64,000 nucleotides of DNA, taken from the IMG/VR virus record IMGVR_UViG_3300020596_000023, positions 9,197 to 73,196 of that record. One strand, 5' to 3'. Both the position numbers and the translations under genes were made by a program. Shown in pieces: positions 57,355-64,000 of the stretch. The notes below the pieces were generated by a model, which worked only from the letters and a program-made list of their open reading frames with translations, was not told the DNA's origin and ran no database searches. The stretch's first letter is position 1; every line of letters begins with the position of its first letter. Origin of the DNA: a virus.

Positions 57355-60129
57355 TTAGTTTCGCTTGAAGAACTCGTGACTAGCTAGCGTTGATTTTTTA
57401 CCTACATTATTAGTCTGAGCATTTAGTACATTATAATTATTATCTTCCAGTTCCCTTAGTAAGTACTGTCCAACCAACCATGCACTAACACAGTCGAAGT
57501 TGTCTTCGTAATTGAAGCCACTCATTTCTCTCAGTAACCGATTACATTTTATTAGTTGTATTCGGTAAATCTTAGTAATTTTCATAGTCTCACTAGTTTC
57601 ATCCGTATATCTAAATATCTCAGATTTACAAAAGTCCAAGTGCATGTTTACACCAGTTCTTTTTCTATCTGGATGTCTAGCCATACTGAATCCATAATCT
57701 CTACCACTAATAGCTTTACCAAGATTACCTTTGAAACTAGCCAACATAGGTTCTTTAGCTAATCTATTCAAAGCTCTTTTAGATTTAAAATAAGCTATAA
57801 ACTGTTCTTTATCAGTCTCACCTAACATACCACCAACAATATTATATCTCTTACACAGGTAATACAGTTGCTCATTATATTCATCTGTCTTAGGAGGTCT
57901 ACCAATCCAACTAGCAACCATTCTACCTACAGCAGCTTTATCATACTTATTAGCAATCATGTAAACATAGGTAACACCTAAACTATCCTTATTAGTAATA
58001 TCTTCTTTGTTTTTATCAACTGCATAAGGGTCATGCCAACCAAAATATATTCCACTAGGTACAGCAGCTTTCTTTTTAACCGGAGTAAAACCAGTATTAT
58101 CTTCAAGCTCTTCAACAAATATCGGAGGTTCATATTCTCTGATACAACCATACAAGTCAAACTTATTAGGTAAGAAATCAGCAGTATCATATATAAATGG
58201 ATGAGTTTCTTCATTCCTTATAGTTAGTTCACTATTAGTTACAAATTCTACATCACCATTACTTAATGGTAGATACTTACCATCTTTATGGCTATTATCT
58301 TTATTGCTTTGCAAAAACTCAAGTTGGTCATTGATTAATTCAGCTATACCACTAAAGCTATTATTAACGGTGGTTGAAAGAACTTGGCTAGGTCTGAGAG
58401 GTCTCTCTGCTTGCCATATCGCAGCTTTATGAGCATCAAGGTTATCCTTTATCCACTCTAATTTATCCTCATACAAAAGCAGACCTTTCGTCAGATCGCT
58501 ATTGCCATCCGCATCCATGCCACCGCCCTCATAATTCAGGTTTTGTGGAAAGAACATACAAATAGCCTTACCAGACTGTTTTCGTTCATACAAGCCCCAA
58601 TCATAAGCCAATAACTGATTACCTACAGGATTCCTAATAATACTTGCAAATCCACTAAACTCTGAATCCTTAGTACTTGCTGTACCCCATATATCTTTAC
58701 TACCTATTGTATAACCACCACTTTCAGCAGCAGCTTCTGTAGCTCCAACAGTTTCAACTATATTAGGAAAACTACCAGATTCTTCATACTTAACTTCATT
58801 AGCTTGAAATCCTCTTAAACATGAAGGATTGTCTTTAGCTGATCGGCAAGTTATACTAGACCTAAAACCTCTCAATTCTTTAGTACCATCTAATTGATAC
58901 CCATATTCTAAATCAGTAGTATTATTTACTAAAGCCTTCTTAGACCAATCTGTATGTAAACTCATAAAAGCATGATAATCTTTTACAAACTTCATCATAC
59001 TGTTTGGGCCAATTAGGTACTCCTTTAAGAATGCTACTAAAGCTACTTTTCTTCTGGGGTATAAATCAATCTCATCAAAACTATCCCAACCACCTACAAT
59101 ACTAAATCCTTTTCTACGAGCTTTTAAGTTAGCTTTACCTAATCCCATTCTTCTAGCAAACGCTTTAGCTACCCAATACATATAGTGACCATCCCAAAAG
59201 TCTGGAAAATCAAAAGTCGTATCAACTACTTTATTACCACTAATACTATCAAACAATAATTGTAAATCCTCATCACTAACTCTTCTAGCTTCTTGGAGAT
59301 CAACCCCATTTTGCATTATATCTTTAAAGTTAATTCCATCTTTACTAATAATAGGAACTCCACTTGTATCTGTTCTAGTAATATTTGCAAAATTTAACAT
59401 TCCTACCATCTTACCCGGAATCCATATTTCATCTAAATCGTTATCAGAATTAGCACCAGATAAATCACCTTTAATTGGTAAGACCATTCCATGTTTTCTC
59501 CTAAATTCCCATCTATCCCAAAACTCTTTATATCTAACAGGATTAGTTATAGGAGTTTCTTCACAATACAAATGAAACTTCTTGAAGTAATTAGCAGCTA
59601 CACTAACTAAACTAGTATTGTAGAATTTAAAATTATCAGGATCATCATCCCTAAATTTATTAGGATAAGGAGTATACAATTTTACACCAGTAGAACTAAC
59701 ATTATTCTGATACCGTCTTAATATATGAGTTAATAATTGGACTCTACCAGCTTTAGTTAACCTTTGCTCTTCATCAAAAGTCATTTCATAGATAGTCTTC
59801 TTTTTACTTCTAGGTTTATAGTTAGGTAAGAAATTATACAAATTGACTGATTGATAAATCAACTTGTCTTCATCATTATCAGCTATAATAGATTCTAATG
59901 AAGCATCTACTTCTATATCCTGTTCTGATAGATAGGCTGAATAATTCCATTCAAGATTAGTTTGATCCTGAATAACATTACTATGCAACAAAGGCTGAGG
60001 TTTATTTTCCTCAGCCTTGACTACATCTTTTTTAGCTTTCTTTGTTTTTATCTTAGGTTCTTCGACTTCATCTATTTCTTGATGTTCGTCTAGTAACTTT
60101 AGATAATCATTTAAATAGTCCGATGCCAT
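57355..60129 (-). CDS. terL: terminase large subunit
   Basis: Walker A LKARRKGFS, Walker B YEESG, WGT, nuclease HDPY...DSLG, NFDCVSA. Confidence 0.9.
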   Translation of the reverse strand: MASDYLNDYLKLLDEHQEIDEVEEPKIKTKKAKKDVVKAEENKPQPLLHSNVIQDQTNLEWNYSAYLSEQDIEVDASLESIIADNDEDKLIYQSVNLYNFLPNYKPRSKKKTIYEMTFDEEQRLTKAGRVQLLTHILRRYQNNVSSTGVKLYTPYPNKFRDDDPDNFKFYNTSLVSVAANYFKKFHLYCEETPITNPVRYKEFWDRWEFRRKHGMVLPIKGDLSGANSDNDLDEIWIPGKMVGMLNFANITRTDTSGVPIISKDGINFKDIMQNGVDLQEARRVSDEDLQLLFDSISGNKVVDTTFDFPDFWDGHYMYWVAKAFARRMGLGKANLKARRKGFSIVGGWDSFDEIDLYPRRKVALVAFLKEYLIGPNSMMKFVKDYHAFMSLHTDWSKKALVNNTTDLEYGYQLDGTKELRGFRSSITCRSAKDNPSCLRGFQANEVKYEESGSFPNIVETVGATEAAAESGGYTIGSKDIWGTASTKDSEFSGFASIIRNPVGNQLLAYDWGLYERKQSGKAICMFFPQNLNYEGGGMDADGNSDLTKGLLLYEDKLEWIKDNLDAHKAAIWQAERPLRPSQVLSTTVNNSFSGIAELINDQLEFLQSNKDNSHKDGKYLPLSNGDVEFVTNSELTIRNEETHPFIYDTADFLPNKFDLYGCIREYEPPIFVEELEDNTGFTPVKKKAAVPSGIYFGWHDPYAVDKNKEDITNKDSLGVTYVYMIANKYDKAAVGRMVASWIGRPPKTDEYNEQLYYLCKRYNIVGGMLGETDKEQFIAYFKSKRALNRLAKEPMLASFKGNLGKAISGRDYGFSMARHPDRKRTGVNMHLDFCKSEIFRYTDETSETMKITKIYRIQLIKCNRLLREMSGFNYEDNFDCVSAWLVGQYLLRELEDNNYNVLNAQTNNVGKKSTLASHEFFKRN

Positions 60130-60863
60130 TATCTGAATCGTTTAATTGGAACTTGAATTTGCAATCCATTATACCTACCAGAGCTTACGTAGAATCCCAC
60201 ACCAAAACCGGATTTACTTCTTAGTAGCAATCCCCCATAAATATAACCTCTAGCATCAATACCACCTATAGCATTTAGATTCATAGCAGAGTACTTACGA
60301 AGATTTTCCATTTCAGACTTAGTAGTACATTCTGCCGGTAAACTATAATAGAAGCGTTTAGGACTATCTATAATACTGTCTATTGGTATATTTGATTTAA
60401 CACTATCAATAGTCAAAGGTACATTACTGGGATACCAAATAGGTATAGTACCATTAGAGCTACTAAGTAATGGTAAACATATTTTAATAATAGTACCATC
60501 TTGAAGTTTGAGGCTAATAGAATCTGAACTTGTACTATCAATAGTATAACTCGGAGTAATCAAATCAATCGGATATAACTTAGGTATTTCATTAATATCC
60601 TTCCGTAATATTCGGTTAATCTTAGTTCTACTTTTCTTGCTAAGATCTTCGAGTTTAAAACCATTTAAACATGTATCTCTATAAAGTACAATAGTAGATA
60701 CAACTGTATCAGGTTTTAACCAAATTGTATCAGACTTACATTTACCAATAGCTTTATCTAACAAACTTAATCCACTTTGTAATGAATCACATTTAGTAAA
60801 AGCTAGTATAAGTGCTACAATAACACCAGCAATTATAAGAATTGATTTACCATTTAGTTTCAT
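60129..60863 (-). CDS. membrane-anchored/lipoprotein-like protein, possible spanin
   Basis: N-terminal hydrophobic helix ending AFTKC, DT(I/V) repeats, C-terminal Gly/aromatic amphipathic beta-strands; ATG at 60863. Confidence 0.5.
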   Translation of the reverse strand: MKLNGKSILIIAGVIVALILAFTKCDSLQSGLSLLDKAIGKCKSDTIWLKPDTVVSTIVLYRDTCLNGFKLEDLSKKSRTKINRILRKDINEIPKLYPIDLITPSYTIDSTSSDSISLKLQDGTIIKICLPLLSSSNGTIPIWYPSNVPLTIDSVKSNIPIDSIIDSPKRFYYSLPAECTTKSEMENLRKYSAMNLNAIGGIDARGYIYGGLLLRSKSGFGVGFYVSSGRYNGLQIQVPIKRFR

Positions 60864-60907
60864 CGCTTTGTTCAAGTTTTATAAAAATAGAATAAACATA
60901 CAAGACA

Positions 60908-61936
60908 TTAATTTAAAGTAGTTTCAATTAAAGCTTTAACTTCATGCTGTAAATTCGGCAGCTGATAATACTTAGGTGTTCCTAGCAATCTCTCACCTCC
61001 ACCTAAATCTATCAACTCTCCATCATTACTATACAATGGTACAAGATGCCATAGCTCATATTTAAGAATCTTAAATCCAAACAAGCTTATCAAGTAACCA
61101 TACATATTAAGTTGTAACGAGTAATGCCAATAATCACTATCAGGTAAGTTATTTACAGGGGCAAACATTCTTTTATTAGTCTCATAAAATTCATCAGTAT
61201 AATAAACTTTATTAGTTTTGTAATCTCTCCGCTTTTTAAAATAACCACTAATCTTACTTAAGGGTTTTTTATTAGTTTTCCAATCAGCTATAATAACTTC
61301 TTTATTTCTAACTGCCACAATATCAGCTTTACCACAAACTAAATAGTTTTCATCAGGATGATAGATTAATACTTCTGTAAAAATTACAAAACCATCTGTA
61401 ATCAAATTATACAGATAGTTAAATATTGTAGGAAAAGCAGTATTAATATCAGAGTCTAATAAATCATCATGACTTACAAAAGCATTAGCATGATCTAAAT
61501 TCAATCCATCACGTAAAGCATAAGTACAATCCGATCTTTTAGGGTAGAAACTATTTACACCAAACTCTAATCTATCATGGGTTTTAGTACCCCATACTAA
61601 AGCCATTGTATTTTCAACATTCCAATTAGCTTTAATCAGTTCAGCTTGTTCATGTATCTCAATACTACAAGTAGTTATCACTTCATCTATACTTTTCCAG
61701 TCTACAAGATTTGTACCACCAAAAAAACTTTCCTGTTTGAATCCAAGTTTCCTATCGTCTGGATTAGGCAACACTTTAATATTTAAAGCTTGATAGGCTT
61801 TGTAATAAGACCAATAAGAATCATCAAAGTCTTCATAAAACTTACCAATAAGAGTAGTAACACTAGTATATATCTGACTTACTTCATCAGTATAGGTATG
61901 AGTAATTGGTTCTAATGTGATAGTCCTTTGCAGCAT
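60908..61936 (-). CDS. PD-(D/E)XK family nuclease
   Basis: YTSVTT, GTKTH, EVLIY...CGKADIV...IADWKTN, HYSLQLNMY. Confidence 0.85.
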   Translation of the reverse strand: MLQRTITLEPITHTYTDEVSQIYTSVTTLIGKFYEDFDDSYWSYYKAYQALNIKVLPNPDDRKLGFKQESFFGGTNLVDWKSIDEVITTCSIEIHEQAELIKANWNVENTMALVWGTKTHDRLEFGVNSFYPKRSDCTYALRDGLNLDHANAFVSHDDLLDSDINTAFPTIFNYLYNLITDGFVIFTEVLIYHPDENYLVCGKADIVAVRNKEVIIADWKTNKKPLSKISGYFKKRRDYKTNKVYYTDEFYETNKRMFAPVNNLPDSDYWHYSLQLNMYGYLISLFGFKILKYELWHLVPLYSNDGELIDLGGGERLLGTPKYYQLPNLQHEVKALIETTLN

Positions 61937-62020
61937 AATACTATAAGTATTTAGTTAAGAACATTGATTCGTTATTCAACCTATTGATTTTTGTTTTTAA
62001 TAATTCGATTAGCGTTTCAG

Positions 62021-62692
62021 CTATTCTGGATTTTCTCTATTACCAACAAGCTTCTTACCTACTGCACGTCCACTTACTTGTGACATGTCACCTCTCAATT
62101 GCTCATAAACTATATTAATAGATTTAATAGCTTCTTGAATCTTAGGTAGAGCAGATAACGATTCTTCTAATATTCTGGATGCAGTTTCATTCAATGTATT
62201 TGATTCAGAAATTGCTATTAATCTTAATTGATGAGAATCTGCTTGTTCCAAATTAAGATTAGCTGTATCTAACATATTCTGTACAATCTTCAAAGTTCTA
62301 CCTCTTCCTTCATAGTAAGTAGCTAACCCATGCAATATTAGAAACAAATTATACAAGGTTCTACTAGTCGGTAGTAAGTCTTTTTGATACTTTCTAAAAA
62401 ATACAATAGCTTCTACAACTAAACTATCAGGACTCCAAGTTGCAGGAACATTTGATAGTTCTCTCATCTTACTATCAAACTTACTATCTTCATTAGCTCC
62501 ACTAAAAGGATTGGTAGGCAATATTGCAGACTTGTAGTAGATATACTTTAATTCAGCAATGTTGATAGTCCTATTTATATCAGGACTACCATCTTCTAAT
62601 GTATTGACTCGTAAATAGATACTTTTAATAGGTTCAGTATCATACAGCCAAGCTCCGTCTAATTCGATTCCGTTTCTGCTAATTCGTAACAT
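62021..62692 (-). CDS. hypothetical protein (conserved upstream of crAss-like packaging genes)
   Basis: ELKYIYY...WSPD.LV.EAI and C-terminal RAVG..LVG.RE. Confidence 0.65.
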   Translation of the reverse strand: MLRISRNGIELDGAWLYDTEPIKSIYLRVNTLEDGSPDINRTINIAELKYIYYKSAILPTNPFSGANEDSKFDSKMRELSNVPATWSPDSLVVEAIVFFRKYQKDLLPTSRTLYNLFLILHGLATYYEGRGRTLKIVQNMLDTANLNLEQADSHQLRLIAISESNTLNETASRILEESLSALPKIQEAIKSINIVYEQLRGDMSQVSGRAVGKKLVGNRENPE

Positions 62693-63164
62693 TTTTTACT
62701 AAGATTTCTCGGATCATTAAATCAATCTCTTTAGTAAGAGTTTTAAGTTCAAGCTGTCGGTTCTTCTCTTCATGATACCCTTGAAGCTTACGGAATGTTT
62801 TGTAGTCCTCCGGATCAATATTAGCTTGATCCACTATAAGAGCTTTCTTATCCGCATAGACATCTCTGGCTTTACCTTGAACCAGACTGAATAGAAATGG
62901 GTATACTATAAAAGGTTCGTCTTTCTTAACTTTCTCCATAATGCTGCCGACAAAGCTATTAGCTGCAAACCTAAGAACTTTTCCATTTATCCTACGACCA
63001 TAGAACTTTTCAAACTTGTGACTTAACACAACTTCACAATTTCCTTTAAGAGTACTAGAGTCATTGGCATTAGGAATCTGATCTACTGAAACATCCAATG
63101 TTTCATAGAACAGTTCTTCATTTAAAAATACTTTCTTGTTACTAATGTTAGTCAATGCCATCAT
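62679..63164 (-). CDS. hypothetical protein, first gene of the minus-strand arm
   Basis: ORF; ATG at 63164 or 63161 preferred over TTG at 63182. Confidence 0.65.
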   Translation of the reverse strand: MMALTNISNKKVFLNEELFYETLDVSVDQIPNANDSSTLKGNCEVVLSHKFEKFYGRRINGKVLRFAANSFVGSIMEKVKKDEPFIVYPFLFSLVQGKARDVYADKKALIVDQANIDPEDYKTFRKLQGYHEEKNRQLELKTLTKEIDLMIREILVKNVTN

Positions 63165-63321
63165 CTTATTATTGTACTGCAAAGTACCGTAGAATAATTT
63201 GAATTGTCAACAACATAATTCTAATAGAACCAACTATTAGTTAGTATCAGCTTTACCTATAATTATATCAGTATAGTTAGTTCTAATCGGAACTTAACAA
63301 TAGGGACGGAAGAACTTATGA

Positions 63322-63371
63322 AATATCATTGCCATCCACATGTAATATCATTGCCATCCACATGTAATATC
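63322..63371. repeat. 22-bp direct repeat x2.3
   Basis: aatatcattgccatccacatgt aatatcattgccatccacatgt aatatc. Confidence 0.9.
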
Positions 63372-63429
63372 CAGTTCAATCCAATTCAATTAGTTCAAGT
63401 TAGTTAAATTCAATTTAACTTAGTTCAAA

Positions 63430-64000
63430 CCAGTTATACTAGTATAACTAGTTATACTAGTTTTACTAGTTATAAAAATTCATAAAAATTTATAAAAATT
63501 CATAAAAATTTATAAATTTTTACTAGTTATAAAAATTTATAAAAATTTATAAAAATTCATAAAAATTCATAAAAATTCATAAATTTTTATAAATTTTTAC
63601 TAGTTATACTAACTAGTAAAAATTGAAACAATTTGTATAAACTTATAAAAATTGAAACAATTTATACAAATTGGATACAACTTATATAATACTAGTAAAC
63701 TAAAAAATAATCGAAATTTTGGTAATGTCAAGTGAAATCTAAAATTTATGAAATTTATGAAAATTATAAAAATTTATAAATTTTTATGAGTTTTTATAAA
63801 TTTTTATAAGTTTAACTAAATAGTATAAAATTTATAAAAATTTATAAAAATTTATAAGTTTTTATGAGTTTAACTAATTTTTATAAGTTTAACCAAATTT
63901 ACCCAATTGGTATAAAATTATAAATTTTTATAAATTTTTATAAATTTTTATAAGTTTAACTAACTAGTACAATTGGTATAAAATTTATAAATTTTTATAA
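63430..64000. repeat. AT-rich array of 10-bp phased A-tract repeats in both orientations (candidate origin/terminal region)
   Basis: Many ATAAAAATT(T/C) units and their reverse complements (ATAAATTTTT, ATGAGTTTTT), ACTAGT palindromes; non-coding; runs off the window end. Confidence 0.85.

Noticed and set aside
17003-58214. Numerous 60-140 aa ORFs nested antisense or out of frame in large genes
   Set aside because: No motifs or initiation context; typical shadows
58501-58514. Match attgccatcc(g/a)cat between terL and the 22-bp repeat at 63322
   Set aside because: Reverse strand is common Asp-Gly-Asn codons; similar partial matches occur elsewhere, so probably chance
26-60129. Inteins or self-splicing introns in polA, terL, MCP or RNAP
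   Set aside because: ORFs are uninterrupted; no intein terminal motifs or homing endonuclease signatures recognised
1-64000. Stop-codon reassignment (TAG or TGA), known in some crAss-like phages
   Set aside because: Genes up to 3770 aa are intact in code 11, coding density is high, and TAG/TGA end genes at sensible positions; no suppressor tRNA seen
63322-64000. CRISPR array
   Set aside because: Repeats are contiguous with no unique spacers; no cas genes

Overview
This window is about 64 kb of an AT-rich dsDNA phage genome with crAss-like (Crassvirales) architecture; the host is most likely Bacteroidota. It translates cleanly in standard code 11. The left arm (+ strand, 1-16.6 kb) holds a replication/recombination module (family A DNA polymerase, SF2 helicase, DnaB-like helicase, RecT-like annealing protein, primase, uracil-DNA glycosylase). 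Small accessory genes follow (Gp157-like, DUF932, MazG-like, RadC/JAB, DUF1599-like). The right arm (- strand, 17-63.2 kb) reads PD-(D/E)XK nuclease, TerL, portal, scaffold-like protein, major capsid, ring/tail proteins, a fibre-like protein, holin-like genes and a muzzle/stabilisation-like protein. It ends with giant ejected proteins, including a 3770-aa virion RNA polymerase (DFDVD motif) with a zincin domain. The arms converge on an intergenic block bounded by two terminators, and the window ends in a phased AT-rich repeat array. The main unexplained signal is a ~55-65 bp asymmetric DNA element with an invariant core CTTCTACCGGC(A/G)A. It occurs five times at 7-16 kb spacing in alternating orientation. 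Four copies are inside core genes, in different reading frames and in both sense and antisense orientation. Also notable is a tail-fibre-like gene with a Bacteroidota-type Sec signal peptide and a GC-rich foreign module. All family calls come from recognising motifs by eye; no searches were run.
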